The notes: generated by a model from the letters alone, not told the origin. Shown: positions 1-12,900, numbered from the stretch's first letter. The stretch: 64,000 nucleotides of DNA from Eledone cirrhosa (GCA_964016885.1 CAXHJY010001274.1:62001-126000); one strand, 5' to 3'. A program made the numbers and translations.

Positions 1-70
1 TCAGACAAGAATTTCTATAGAAATTTAAACAGAACTTACTCAGCAAGTTATACGCGTGTGTCCATCCCAG

Positions 71-150
<80 letters not shown>

Positions 151-152
<2 letters not shown>

Positions 153-2581
153 ATTTCTTTATTAGCCACGAGGGCACAAAAGAAGGGGACAAATACAAAT
201 GGGGAGTTTACATACAGGTATATGAAAATAAAACTATTAATAAAACAACAAATAACAATTGAAATCCCCAATAGGGGGAGGTGTTACACAGGAGTTGTAC
301 ACACCGCGAAAAAAAATGTACAACCCTCATCTCCAGAAGCACCAAGAGTGAGTACTCCCTTCCTCTCTTCCTCTTTTTCCTCAACCTACAGGATTATATA
401 GAGAGAAGACCCAACCGCTCGGGCCATCTTTTCCACATTCACCCACCTTTTATAAAACTTGCTGGGGTACAGCCCCTCTCTCTCTCCATCCTGGCTCTTC
501 TTCTAAAGTGGTATTTGAAAAAAAAGAATCAGTTGTTCGCCGGAGAGAAAGGTGTCTGACCTCAGCCCTTTTAACATCGTCCACCATACAACCTCTTTCA
601 CCATAGCCATAACACATAGAAAAACCGCCTCTCCTTCGTTTTTGAAAGCGGATGGCGGTTTGATCATGACAATGGACTCGGAGGTCAACTGGATTGGTCC
701 CAAACGCGACATTAGTCGTTCTACATAGCCCCAAAGGTCGGTAACGTCGCGTACGCATCTCGGACAGATCTTTTTTGAAGTGTCTCTGCCCGGGCGCTCG
801 TGTCTGTAGAGCTTGTCTCGAACTGGTAGAGCTCCGCGGTAGCACTGCCAGGCCAGGGACTTTTGGAAGTTGTCCATCGGTCCCGGGCGGAAGGTCCTAC
901 CGAACAGACTGGCCAGTTCGCCCTCCACTACGCCTAGAGTTTCTCCGAGCGCGGCGTCGCACTTGCTGCTGACCAACCCTCTATAGAATGACGAAGTGGA
1001 GTCTCCACTGATCGCCGGGTCCGTTTGCCAGAGGACTGTGAGCGCCTGAGCACATTCGATGTGCCAGTCACCCAGTTTCTTCGGTCTTTGCTTGACTCAG
1101 TACTGCAGCTCGGTCAGCGAGACGAGTCGTGGGAAGGCTCGCCTCACGAACGGGGCCCACACCGGTTGTCCGGTGAGGAATACGTGGAGGTGCCGCAGCC
1201 TGAGCGCGTGTTTCCTCATCGTCAGCTACGGCATACCCAGCCCTCCGTTTGAAGGGTGTTGGCAGCAGATGGATCTTCTCACCAAAGGATCCCGTTTCTT
1301 CCAAAGGAATTGGAAGACCACGCGCTCCATTTTGGTGAGCGTTTTGGCTGGACAAGGCGCGACGGTCAAGCGGTAATAGATGACGGACGCTATAAAAGTG
1401 TTCGCCACCTCCGCTCGACCTTTCAAGGATAGTTTGCACTCGGCCCACTTCTGGGTGAGCGCAAACACCTTGGCCGTCACCTCGTTCCAGTTCTTCTCCA
1501 CCTGGAGGTCCGGACCAAACCAGACCCCGAGCAGCTTTACCGGTCCTTCCGTCCAGCGTCCGACAACGCCATCGGAAGGCATCGGTTTGCCTTTCCACGT
1601 TCCGAGTTGCAAACCGACGTATTTGTCCCGGTTCAGCTTCGCTCCTGTGAACCTTTCGTATTCCTCCAGTAAGGTGCCGACCTCCCCGATTTGCGAGGTG
1701 CTCGACACCATTACTGTCATGTCGTCGGCGTAGGCCGACGCCTCTTTTCGCAGTCCCGGTTCCAAAGGGATGCCCTGCAATAGCTCCAACTTCCGCAGTA
1801 GTGGCTTGAGAGTCATTACGTACAGAAGGGAGAAGAGAGGGCATCCCTGTCGGGTGGATCGCGTGATATGGAACGGCTCCGAGAGGTAGTCGTTCACCTT
1901 GACCCTTGAGCAGATGTTGCTGCTGTGTATTCCAGCAATCCAGCCCCTGAACACGGGTCCGAAGCCTGCCGCCTCGAGCACCGCATCCAGGTAACGATAG
2001 TCAACCCTATCGAAAGCCTTAGACTGATCCAAGTTCATCAGGGCCCCACCGAAGCCGGGTTTAGACCCAACCGTCTCTATGATGTATCGCATGAGGTGGA
2101 GGTTGTTGTGTATGGACCTGGTCGGGATTGCGCATGTTTGCGCTTCTCCCACCAGGCTTTCGACGTCAAGCGCCAACCTCTTTGCCAACACCTTGGCCAA
2201 CAAGTCCGGCATTGCAACGTAAAATTCGTAGGGTAGACCGTCGAGACCTGGAGATTTGCGTTTGCCGCATTGGCTCAGCGCGTCCCCTATCTCAGCGGCC
2301 GAAATCGGCCTTTCGCAGAACTTCGCCTCGCTGTCCGAGAATCGCGGCAGGCCGTCGAGGTATGGACCGAAATCCATAGCCCCTCCCGGCGCGTCGCCCT
2401 GCCCGAACAGCTGAGCAAAGTGCCGCTGAAAGGCCGCGCACATCTGCTTCGACTCACGTATCACGTGTCCGTCTTGGTCCTTCAAAGACCGAATCGTGAA
2501 CTTGTTGCACTTTTCGCCTCCGTCACTCGGGCCCAGCTAACAGCTTTGACTCCCTCGGTTCCCAGAGCAGGTATTTTTCTC
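151..2581 (-). mobile_element. 5'-truncated Tx1-like copy A (RT to 3' end, internal deletions) between GATA tracts
   Basis: ORFs 1226-2485 (SPGLDG, DQSKAFDRV, QGCPL, YADD) and 503-976 (CYRGALPVR, CPRC). 3' end AATAAAGAAAT-(TATC)n; GATA-like tract resumes at 2582. Confidence 0.92.
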
Positions 2582-2620
2582 ATAGATAGATAGACAGGTA
2601 GATACATAATTAGATAGATA

Positions 2621-3503
2621 TCTTTCTTTATTTGCCACAAGGGCGTACAATAAATGGGATATTACAAGACGTGACGGCGGGGGGTCTTACATAAAAATTA
2701 TATAACTTTAATAAATAATTATAAACCATATATAAAATAAAATAACAATTGAAATCCCCAATAGGGAAGAACGTTCCTGCGTAGTGTTTTACACCCCGTA
2801 GATAGTACAACCCTGAACACCAGGAACACGTTTTGTAGGTGTTCCCGTTTATCTTCCTCAACCTACAGGTTTATATACAGAGAATCCCATTCACTCGGGT
2901 CATTTTCGCCACATTCATCCACCTTTCAGCGAATTTATTGAGGTGTAGCACCGCTCTCTCTCTCTCTCTCTCTCTCTCTTCACTCTCACCTTCTTTCTGA
3001 AGTGCTACTTAAAGAAGGGAATGAGTTGTTGTCCGGAGAGAAAGGTGTTAGCCCTCAGTCATTTAACCTCGTCCACCACCTCTCCTTCATTCTTAAGTGA
3101 AGGCGTCGGGGTGATCCTCACGATGGACTCGGCTAACAACTGGATGTGTCCCATACGTGACAGTAGCTGTTTGACATAATTCTACAGGTCGATCACCCCT
3201 GGGCACTGAACAGTTGCGTGGAGGACGGTTTCAATGTCCTGCTCGCACCTTGGACAGGCAGGACCTCTGCCAGGGCGTCGTTGCCTGTAGATCTTGTCTC
3301 GAACTGGTAGAGCTCCTCGGTAGCACTGCCAGGCCAGAGACCTCTGGAAGTTATCCATCTGCCCTGGACGAAAGTCCTCCCGAACAGACTGGTTAGTTCG
3401 TCTTCTTCGATGCCTAGAGTTTCCCCTAGAACGTCGTCGCACTTATCCTCCACTAATCCCCTATAGAATGTCGAAGTGGAGTCTCCGCTGATTGCCGTTT
3501 CCA
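2621..3503 (-). mobile_element. 5'-truncated Tx1-like copy B (zinc-finger region + 3' UTR, divergent subfamily)
   Basis: MDNFQRSLAWQCYRGALPVRDK..CPRCEQDIETVLHATVQC; flanked by GATA tracts 2582-2620 and 3504-3576. Confidence 0.88.
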
Positions 3504-3576
<73 letters not shown>

Positions 3577-3577
<1 letters not shown>

Positions 3578-3946
3578 TTCTTTATTAGCCACAAGGGCGC
3601 AACAAGAAAGGGGACAATACAAAGACATGCCGGGGATTTTACATACAGTCGTGTAAAAAATATAAAAACAAACAATTTCAACAATCGAAATCCCCAATAG
3701 GGGGGAGGCGCCACAAATGGGTTGTTTAATACCCCGTCGATAGAACAACTCTCAACTCAAGGAGCGTGTTGTGCAAGTGCTCCTTTCTTCCTTTTGCTCT
3801 CTTCCTCAACCTACAGGCTTATAAACAGAGAAAGCCCAATCACTCGGGCCATTTTCGCTTCATTCACCCACCTTTCAGTAAATTTACTGGGGTGCAGTGC
3901 CTCTCTCTCCACCCTGATTCTCCTTCTAAAGTGATACTTAAAGAAT

Positions 3947-3947
<1 letters not shown>
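3577..3947 (-). mobile_element. 5'-truncated Tx1-like copy C (ORF2 C-terminus + 3' UTR)
   Basis: FFKYHFRRRIRVEREALHPSKFTERWV matches the ORF2 C-terminus; flanked by GATA tracts. Confidence 0.85.
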
Positions 3948-4011
<64 letters not shown>

Positions 4012-4012
<1 letters not shown>

Positions 4013-4143
4013 TTCTTTATTAGCCACAAGGGCGCAACAAGAAAGGGGACAATACAAAGACATGCCGGGGATTTTACATACAGTCGTGTAAAAAATATAA
4101 AAACAAACAATTTCAACAATCGAAATCCCCAATAGGGGGAGGC
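4012..4143 (-). mobile_element. Tx1-like copy D (3' UTR only), apparently identical to the 3' end of copy C
   Basis: tttctttattagccacaagggcgcaacaag...aatagggggga repeats 3577-3709; GATA tracts on both sides. Confidence 0.85.
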
Positions 4144-4190
<47 letters not shown>

Positions 4191-4591
4191 TGATAGGAAG
4201 ATAGATAGAAGGCAGACAAATTAGCTTCTCAGAAGAAAAATAATTAAGAAAGGTGAGAATTAATGAGAAATGATAGGTGGTGTGGTGTGATGGTGCAGGG
4301 GTTCAGTAAGTAGCTAAACAATTAAAAATGCAGTTTTTACACCTTTAGTGCAACAAATGTTTTTTCCTCTCTACAGATTTCTTTTTCCTATTAGATTTTC
4401 TTGATAGCTTGAAAAATATGTGTGATAATTTTATTTTGTGATAATGAATGAAGGTTTTGAAATCATTTTTAGAAGTACCATCCATCACAGCTTGAAATTC
4501 TTGAATTCCATCTTTGCCTGTGTTTTTATTTGTCATTATAAATGGTATTATTGGTACTTTTGTTCTTGTCGTTCTTGTAGCAGTTGGTAAT

Positions 4592-4635
<44 letters not shown>

Positions 4636-4636
<1 letters not shown>

Positions 4637-4799
4637 CGAAGGAAGTGTGGTAAGGAACCAGACGCACCAAAGTACTCAAAACTTAGGGTAGTAGAGTGGG
4701 TAATAGGAACGAGTAGGACCCCGACGGCTGAGCTCAAGCCGTTTCGACAAGCCGTTTCGTCGAAACGGCTTGAGCTTAGCCGTCGGGGTCCTACTCGTT

Positions 4800-4803
<4 letters not shown>
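4636..4803. mobile_element. TA-embedded palindromic mini-element, copy 1
   Basis: Conserved aacgaaggaagtgtggtaaggaacc..gtagtagagtgggtaa segment plus a TAGGAA...TTCCTA palindrome. Confidence 0.8.
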
Positions 4804-4886
<83 letters not shown>

Positions 4887-5315
4887 GTATATATATACGT
4901 ATATATATGTATATACGTATATATATATATATATATACGTATATATATGTATATATATATATATACGTATATATATATATATACGTATATATATATATAC
5001 GTATATATATATACGTATATATATATATACGTATATATATGTATATATATATATATACGTATATATATATATACGTATATATATTTATATATACGTATAT
5101 ATATGTATATATATATATATACGTATATATATATATATATACGTATATATATTTATATATACGTATATATATATATATATACGTATATATATATATACGT
5201 ATATATATGCATATATATATATACGTATATATATGTATATATATATATATACGTATATATATGTATATATATATATATATACGTATATATATTTATATAT
5301 ACGTATATATATATG

Positions 5316-5352
<37 letters not shown>

Positions 5353-5366
5353 GTATATATATATAC

Positions 5367-5461
<95 letters not shown>

Positions 5462-5528
5462 CGTATATATATATATATACGTATATATATATATGTATAT
5501 ATATATATACGTATATATATATATATAC

Positions 5529-5568
<40 letters not shown>
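4804..5568. repeat. Compound (TA)n microsatellite punctuated by CG/TG
   Basis: (TA)n with recurring TACGTA and TATGTA. Confidence 0.95.
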
Positions 5569-5571
<3 letters not shown>

Positions 5572-5687
5572 GGCGTGTGGCTGAGTGGTTAGAGAATTGG
5601 ATTCGCAATCGTAAGGTTGTGAGTTCGATTCCTGGACCAGGCGATGCGTTATGTCCTTGAGCAAGACACTTTATTTCCCGTTGCTCC
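5569..5687 (+). mobile_element. tRNA-derived SINE family 2 (CORE/V-like), 5' part
   Basis: tggctgagtggttaga (A box), gagttcgattcc (B box), gtccttgagcaagacacttta. Confidence 0.75.
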
Positions 5688-6005
5688 TTCTACCTGGAGT
5701 TGCGACCGATAGATAGTATTAGCAATTGGAAAGACCAACGGAAACATTGTTCCCTCGGTCCGATTTGACGAAAGTCGATCGTCCCTTTATACGTATATAT
5801 ATATACGTATATATATATATTTGTATATATATATATACGTATATATATATATATATATATACGTATATATATATATATATATATATATACGTATATATAT
5901 ATATATATATATATACTATATATATATATATATATATACGTATATATATTAAAATTTAGGCCTAGAAGAAATAGTCGCATTTGTTGGTATAACCCACCAA
6001 ATAAT

Positions 6006-6638
6006 ATGGAGGTGGCCACACCATTAGCTAAGATCATTCTTTCCCTTATTACGAAGCATTTTCTCCCTACACATAAATATAGTAAAATTTTTAATAGAAA
6101 TACTATCAAAATTTCTTACTCTACGACTCCTAACCTTGCACATAACATCACAGCTTCAAATTTAGCTAAACTACCTAGCCGTAGGAACACGTGCAACCCT
6201 GTAGTTAGTACTAACTGTAATTGTAGGAATCGGGTTGATTGCCCCCTATCCGGGAAATGCCTCTCTAGTAACATTGTCTACAAATGTAAGGTTGTAACAC
6301 CCACGTCCTGTAGGGCCTACATAGGGTTAACCGCCAATAGATTCAAGCAGCGTCTTTACATGCATACCCATTCTTTTCGTTACCCTCTAAGAAGGAATAT
6401 GACGTCACTTTCAGCTTATATCTGGAGTCTAAAAGACAACCACACCCAATATAAGTTACACTGGGAGATCCTAGCTAGGGCTAGATCGTATAACGGAAAT
6501 AAAAGACCATGTGACCTGGAAATACTCTACGCCACAGACCACATCTTAAACAAAAAATCTGAGGCAATTTCGGCTTGTAAACATAAATTGCACAAAACTT
6601 TCCTGTATTACAGCCCCACGTTATACCCTAACGGATAG
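6006..6638 (+). CDS. Penelope-type GIY-YIG endonuclease fragment with Cys-rich linker
   Basis: [31 protein letters not shown]...[37 protein letters not shown]. Confidence 0.85.
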   Translation: MEVATPLAKIILSLITKHFLPTHKYSKIFNRNTIKISYSTTPNLAHNITASNLAKLPSRRNTCNPVVSTNCNCRNRVDCPLSGKCLSSNIVYKCKVVTPTSCRAYIGLTANRFKQRLYMHTHSFRYPLRRNMTSLSAYIWSLKDNHTQYKLHWEILARARSYNGNKRPCDLEILYATDHILNKKSEAISACKHKLHKTFLYYSPTLYPNG

Positions 6639-7565
6639 TACGATCTATACGTGGATATTTTACGTCTTGATGTGGGAGCTAAGTATATGTTTTGTTTATA
6701 CCATTACTTATTTGCATAGGTAAGTATATATTACTCGTATGTTTTGTGAAGGTACGTATACCTTCTCGTACGTATATTTGATTGTTTATGTTATGGCGTA
6801 TAATTTTATATATTCTGGTACATATGGTTTGGCTTTGTGTATACGGGAGTTTGGCGTCTGTGTGAGTATGCTGGTTCATACGTATGTAGGGTGTGTGTAT
6901 ATGTGTACTTCATGTTTTGGTTGACTAACGTCTCCGAACATTCGTGTATTTACATGTAGGTATATGTGTGCGCTTGTTATATACGTATTTATTTATTTAT
7001 ATACGTTTATATAATTATTTATTTATTTGTATACACGCATACACACACATATTTATATGTGCGTGGTTTTGTATACCTATGGTAAGTGTTTTGCGTATGC
7101 TTGTGTATGTACGTATTTGTTTTCATGTATGTATTTATTTCTATTTCTTCTGTATTGTATTTATTTACTTTGTTCTTAACTCTGTAGCGGAGATTCATTC
7201 GGTCTCCTAGTTAGAATTTTAGTCTACGACTTCTGCTATACCATTTACGTGGTTTTGTCTTTGCGTGCTATTGTTCTCCACGCTCCACATATGACGTATT
7301 ATCTTCGTTTTTTTCGTTCATTGCCAGAGTACGTCTCTATGAACCACATAAGAGAACATTAGTCTACGACCTCTTTTATACCATAAACGTGGTTCTGTCT
7401 TTGCGCGTAATTGTTTTTCACCGCTCCTATTAATGACGTATTATTCGTTTTTTCGCGTTCTTAGCCAGCGAACGTTTCCACGAACCAAAGTATCGTCTTC
7501 CTGTCTTCCTCCGGTTGCAACGTTTTTTGAAATATCCACTTCTGCGTTTACAGATTGACTTTGTT

Positions 7566-7616
7566 AGTTTCAGAAGATCCCGTTAAGGGTGAAAGCAGCG
7601 ATTCTTTGCTTAAACT
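7566..7616 (+). ncRNA. Degenerate hammerhead in the Penelope 3' pLTR (core CAGAAGA)
   Basis: agttt-CAGAAGA-tccc/gggt-GAAA-gca..tgc-TT-aaact; one core substitution. Confidence 0.55.
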
Positions 7617-7627
7617 TTAATCTGTTA

Positions 7628-7659
<32 letters not shown>

Positions 7660-7663
<4 letters not shown>

Positions 7664-7779
7664 AAAAGAGTCAGGACGCCGGTGGGTGAGCTCCGGCCGC
7701 TTCGACACTCTACTATCCCAAGTATTGAGTACGCTTGTGCGTTATGGTCCACCTGGTATCTTACCATACCCTCTTTGTT
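7660..7779. mobile_element. TA-embedded palindromic mini-element, internally deleted copy (opposite orientation)
   Basis: Contains ctctactatcccaagtattgagtac..gcgttatggtccacctgg. Confidence 0.7.
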
Positions 7780-7810
7780 ATATATATATATATGTGTGTG
7801 TGTGTAAGTG

Positions 7811-7856
<46 letters not shown>

Positions 7857-7859
<3 letters not shown>

Positions 7860-8390
7860 TGATTAATGTTCAGAGCCATCCTCAGCATCCTCGTGTAGCA
7901 CCCATCCACCATCTGAGTGAGTTTCCTGGTCAGTGTCCAAGTCTCAGACCCATACAGCAGCACAGACTCCACTACAGTAATGAAGAGGCGGATTTTCAGG
8001 TCTCTACGAAGGTCCGACTTCCACACCGATCTCAAGCTGTGGCACGCCGCCCAGGCCTTGCTCTTCCTCTCAACCACATTAATCAGTATACACTGAGGAT
8101 GAAAAACTCAGAGCTGTATGGGAGCATCCCAAAAGTCAGCTCAAAAGTGACACAGAGGAGACTGGGGTTAGCTGGACATGCTCACCGACATCCAGAGTTG
8201 ACATTGCACTCAGTACTCCTTTGGGCGCCCCTACATGGACACACTAGAAGAGGAAGACCAAGGTTAACGTATGTTGATGCCCTAAGGACAGACACTGGTC
8301 TGTTGGAGATGCAGGACATGGCAGCGATAATGAGGGACAGAGACCGCTGGAGAGAACTCGTCCATGGATCTCGGGAATTTTACCCGCCTT

Positions 8391-8391
<1 letters not shown>
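7857..8391. mobile_element. RTE-type LINE 3' fragment with inverted 5' part
   Basis: Minus segment 7857-8075 encodes KIRLFITVVESVLLYGSETWTL..YTRMLRMALNIN. Plus segment 8076-8391 continues INQY..NSELYG..RRLGLAGHAHRH..RRGRPRLTYVD. Confidence 0.85.
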
Positions 8392-8444
<53 letters not shown>

Positions 8445-8451
<7 letters not shown>

Positions 8452-9068
8452 GAGAAGAAAGAATACTGCGTGGTTTGCACATGGGTTACATATGATAAAA
8501 ATAGTCCTTCGTCAGTGATTTGCCAACCATCATTGGTATTTCATCGCATTAAAAATCAGATACCTCAGGTTGGTGCGAGCAATAAGCTAAAAAAAGTGAT
8601 TGAGACCAGTAATCGTGTAAAGCGAGGGGGACAAGTGAACAACATAGAAGGATAAAAACAAACCAAAGAAAGGAAATAAACAAGCAACATGGTAGTCCTG
8701 GTCAGCATGAACTGGGTGGATTTCATGAGCGAATAGTACAGACGTCCGACGTGAGTGAGATGTAAGCAAGAAAAGGCCCACTGTTAGCCAAACGGCAGGA
8801 AGTGAGAAGGGGAGAAACAGAGTGAGTGAGTGGAAGTGCGAGGAAGCGGTCAGTCGAGAGAAAGTGTAACTGACAGAGGGGGCGAAAGAAGGTGAGAGAA
8901 ACAGAGAGAGCGGGGAAGCAGTAAGAGAGAAACAGACAAACGCAGCCGAGGTAAATATATATAAAAAACATGAGAAGAAAGAATACTGCGTGGTTTGCAC
9001 ATGGGTTACATATGATAAAAAATAGTCCTTCGTCAGTGATTTACCAACCATCATTGGTATTTCATCGC

Positions 9069-9072
<4 letters not shown>
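8445..9072 (-). mobile_element. Non-autonomous element with 107-bp terminal direct repeats (520-bp period), retrozyme/pLTR-like
   Basis: 8445-8551 is repeated at 8965-9072; degenerate minus-strand hammerhead at 8523-8573; (TA)n on both sides. Confidence 0.6.
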
Positions 9073-9139
<67 letters not shown>

Positions 9140-9484
9140 CATGTATGTGTGATGTTATATGTTTAGTAGAGAGTAAGTATTACACGTGATACGTTATAAC
9201 AAACAAGTGTCTCAAAGCACAGCATTGCTGTAAATATCAAATACGACATTCATACATGGATTTACAGAAGAGACTTGCATATGTAATATACTGAGTTAAA
9301 ACCTTTTGATTAAATTGCATTATCGCTGAAATTCTACAGAAAATATTCCCTTTAAGGCTGCTTAAAATTTGAAAACAAGCAAGGAACTGTGATTTCAATT
9401 AAATTATGGCGGTATCACGGTAAATTTGAGCTAATCCGAAGTTTTGGAAAATAAGATATTTCGGTTTGTTCGATGACTCAGTGA

Positions 9485-9575
<91 letters not shown>
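9485..9575. repeat. (GATA)n microsatellite with no Tx1 insertion
   Basis: Direct reading; flanks lack the tttattagccac-type 3' end. Confidence 0.9.
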
Positions 9576-10404
9576 TAACCCTCTCAACAATAATAAATAT
9601 TTGAAAATCATAAATCAGATTTCTGTTTTAATTCTTGTCACACCTAACATAATAATAACTGGTCGACATTTTTCAAAACAAATCAAGGGAAAATAACCAC
9701 AGAATTTTATTCCAATTTTATTATCCCTTTCATCTAAGACAGTAAATTCTAAAAGAATGATGGAATTTGAAATCTTAAAAAGAAGGATTTGATAATGGAA
9801 AGATCAAAGATGCTAGAAACAATAAAAAATAATCTTAAAACAGTCATACTAAGTGACAACAAAATTATACGTAAGTAAATATATGTTGTCGATATGTGTA
9901 ATGTGTACACTTGATAGACTTTATTTGACGTCATTTCTATTGTAAAATAGATTTTAGACAGACGTTAGTTTGTAGTTCAACATCTAAAATTCTGAAGGAT
10001 TGGTCATCTGTAATTAAAACGTTTATTAGTTATTTGTTTTGTAGACATACGAAACGGTAATCGTTGTTTGAGATAAAGCCAGAGTCGTTATCTTTGGATG
10101 TCTCTTACTTTCTATCTTTCTCTGGAAAAATCTGTTGTACTCAGGCCTGGAGAGGGATGGGCCCCTCCAAGCTTTAAAATGCCCAAGAAACGCCTTATGT
10201 CTATACGGCGCCTCTACGTTTTTATCAGGAGTTGCGGGACCATATATACATACAATATATAAGATTGATTTCGAAAAATGATAATCGCAACTGCAACTTC
10301 GATTTTACTCACTATTATATTTATATATATATCCAGGAAGCTCCAACCGTTAAGGTTGTCTTTTTTCCGGGTATGTCAATATTTATTTATAAAACAAATC
10401 TGTA

Positions 10405-10466
10405 TTTTATCTGATGAAAGCGCACCATAATTTGCCTTGGTTGCCCTTGAAATATATATAATAAAA
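10405..10466 (+). ncRNA. Minimal type I hammerhead ribozyme
   Basis: ttttat-CTGATGA-stem II-GAAA-tatata-TA-ataaaa. Confidence 0.75.
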
Positions 10467-10620
10467 CAATTATGGTTTTATAAATATAGTTTCCATTTAT
10501 TAATATATTGTGTATTTACTCCACTAACCTGTTGAGTGCTTTATATCAGTTATAAAAATTATTTAAGCTTGTTGAATCCCAACAAATTAAATATAACCTC
10601 TGCATATATATATATATATA

Positions 10621-10910
10621 TGAATGTATATACAGTGTATTTTGCAATACACTGTATGCTTAATTAAAAGCATTTTGAAGACCTTACGCTATTGTTTTAA
10701 AGTAGTGGCTATGTCACTTACACAAAAGGAGTGCTAAGCTCTGAAGAATACCAACAGTATGAAACAGAGATCTGTCAGCTTATCTCCCTTTGTTTGTTGA
10801 AAAAAGAAGTAAGTGACATAGTCACCTATTTTAAAACAATAGCGTAAGGTCTTCAAAATGCTTTTAATTAAGTATACAGTGTATTGCAAAATACACTATA
10901 TATACATTCA
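10621..10910. repeat. Inverted repeat (~100-bp arms) enclosing a hammerhead
   Basis: 10621-10720 pairs with 10810-10910. Confidence 0.88.
10735..10782 (+). ncRNA. Type I hammerhead ribozyme (intact core)
   Basis: taagct-CTGAAGA-atac/caaca/gtat-GAAA-cagagatctg-TC-agctta: all three stems pair; GUC cleavage triplet. Confidence 0.85.
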
Positions 10911-11185
10911 TATATATATCGCTATTTCAGAGCACCAATTCTAATTTTCATATATATATATATATGTGAGAAAAACCACAGATGTGAGAAAAACCACAGA
11001 CCCTCCATCTCAACTCTACTTTTGAAAAGCAGAAGAACTGCGAAACCGGTAAAGGAACCAAGTAAATATATATATTTTTTTTAAATAAGACTCCAGTTGC
11101 ATTTTCGATTTCATCTTTTTTTCTTTATACTTTCACTCGTGTAGGACACCTCGGTTATTTTTCATTTTGTAAAAAAAAACCTCAC

Positions 11186-11274
<89 letters not shown>

Positions 11275-11286
11275 TAAAATCGAAGT

Positions 11287-11320
<34 letters not shown>

Positions 11321-11732
11321 TAAAATCGAAGTTGCATATATATATGAGTAAAATCGAAGTTGCAGTTATATATATATTGGGATTTAGTGATTTATGTATA
11401 TAAGTATTTCTAACTTTAATTTTTATCTAATTATGTATGGTTGACCGTATATCTAATTAATTTCCACGTGCTGTTGAAATGTTGGGTAAATATTCTATAG
11501 CGGTTGGACGCGAATACGCTGCTGTGGCGTATTTATTTACTGTTTCTTCATAGGTGCCTTTTATTCTTATAGCCTGGTCTAATTGATTTTTTGTGTGGTT
11601 AATTGTGCTGATTTGGAGTAGAGATGATGTATATATATTATTAAATAATTCTCTGGACATGCTTTACTATATATATATATATATATATATATAATGCGAA
11701 CTGGTAGTCATTAGAACGTCGGATAGAAAGTC

Positions 11733-12016
11733 TAAGTCTAATCCTAAAGTCTGTCTCAAGCTTGGAAGCTCATCAAGCCGGTGCTTATCCCAGTTTCCAT
11801 GGCTTTAAGCTACTGAGAAAACAACACTCCCCCCTGAACAGGACGCCAGTCCATCGCAGGGTTAAACTCCCAGCTATTGCTGGTACTCATTTTCAGTTGA
11901 GTATACTGGAGCAACAAGAAATGAAGTGTTTTGCTGAAGAACACAACACACAAACCAGTCCAGGAATTGAACCTACAATGTCCAACACCCTTACCTCTAG
12001 CCCTCGTGCCTCCACA
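11733..12016 (-). mobile_element. SINE family 2
   Basis: Reverse complement matches 29795-30064, including the agacttta tail. Confidence 0.72.
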
Positions 12017-12696
12017 TCTTTGGATGAGATTATGTTAGTTTTCTTTTTGTTTATTTTTACCCGTATTGCAGAATTAGGGTTCAAATGGTCAATTAGTTTA
12101 CTTCCGCAAACACCACTATGTATGCTAGCCGCGTGAAAGTGATTACTGCCATTAATGAGAATTTATCTTGATGTTGGTAATGTCTTCTTTTGCAGATGAG
12201 GCCAATTCACGCAGACACAAGGTCACAGTCGTTCTAGTCATAACTGTTTTCATCTTATTTGTTCAGTCATAATGTATCTATGCCTATATTGTGTAATATA
12301 TCCTTCCATTTTTAATTTTCTATAAAATCAGTATGTAGATATTAGAGGAGAGATTTTGTTACTATTACTTGCAGAAAAAATACCCACCTAGAGAGTCTTT
12401 CATTTTAGCTCCCTCCCTTTCATCTCAATTCGATGCATAGGCAAGGGTCTATTCCAAAGAACATGGATTCCAATAGACATAAACAATTAATGTGACAGGG
12501 ACCCTGGTACCGGTGAATTGCTGTGAAGATGTTAAAACTTAGGTAAATATATATTTTTTTTAAATAACTAGTCCGGGAACTTTTTGATACCACCTCGTGT
12601 GTGTGTATATATAAATATGAAATCGCCCAGAATGTCCTGATGATTTCAGACGAATGAAACAGTTCTCGTACTTTAGAAATAATTTCCATTTGAAAG

Positions 12697-12900
12697 AGAA
12701 TAGAGTCAGGGCCCCGACGGCTGAGCTCCGGCCGTTCCGACAGCTAGATCCGGACTCCTACTCCGATCTAGCTGTCGAAACGGTCGGAGCTCAGCCGTCG
12801 GAGTCGTGACACTTTTCCTATTACCCACTCTACTACCCTAAGTATTGAGTACTCTGGTGCGTTATGGTCCACCTGGTTCCTTACCACACTTTCTTCGATT
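12697..12900. mobile_element. Palindromic mini-element copy (opposite orientation)
   Basis: ccgacggctgagctcc...ggagctcagccgtcgg palindrome plus the conserved tail. Confidence 0.78.

Larger units (their letters stand above)
5950..7632 (+). mobile_element. 5'-truncated Penelope-like element (GIY-YIG endonuclease, 3' UTR, pLTR with hammerhead)
   Basis: WYNPP motif upstream of ORF 6006-6638, hammerhead-like fold at 7566-7616, and (TA)n on both sides. Confidence 0.8.

Noticed and set aside
5569-5640. tRNA gene
   Set aside because: The A/B boxes continue into a SINE core and no clean cloverleaf acceptor stem is seen; it is a SINE head.
4770-5664. Long ORFs of YIYI/VCVC/THTH/LSIY/KKKK type here and throughout
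   Set aside because: Translations of stop-free microsatellites, not genes.
9600-10160. Possible highly decayed Penelope GIY-YIG region
   Set aside because: Only faint motif remnants among many stops; too weak to call.
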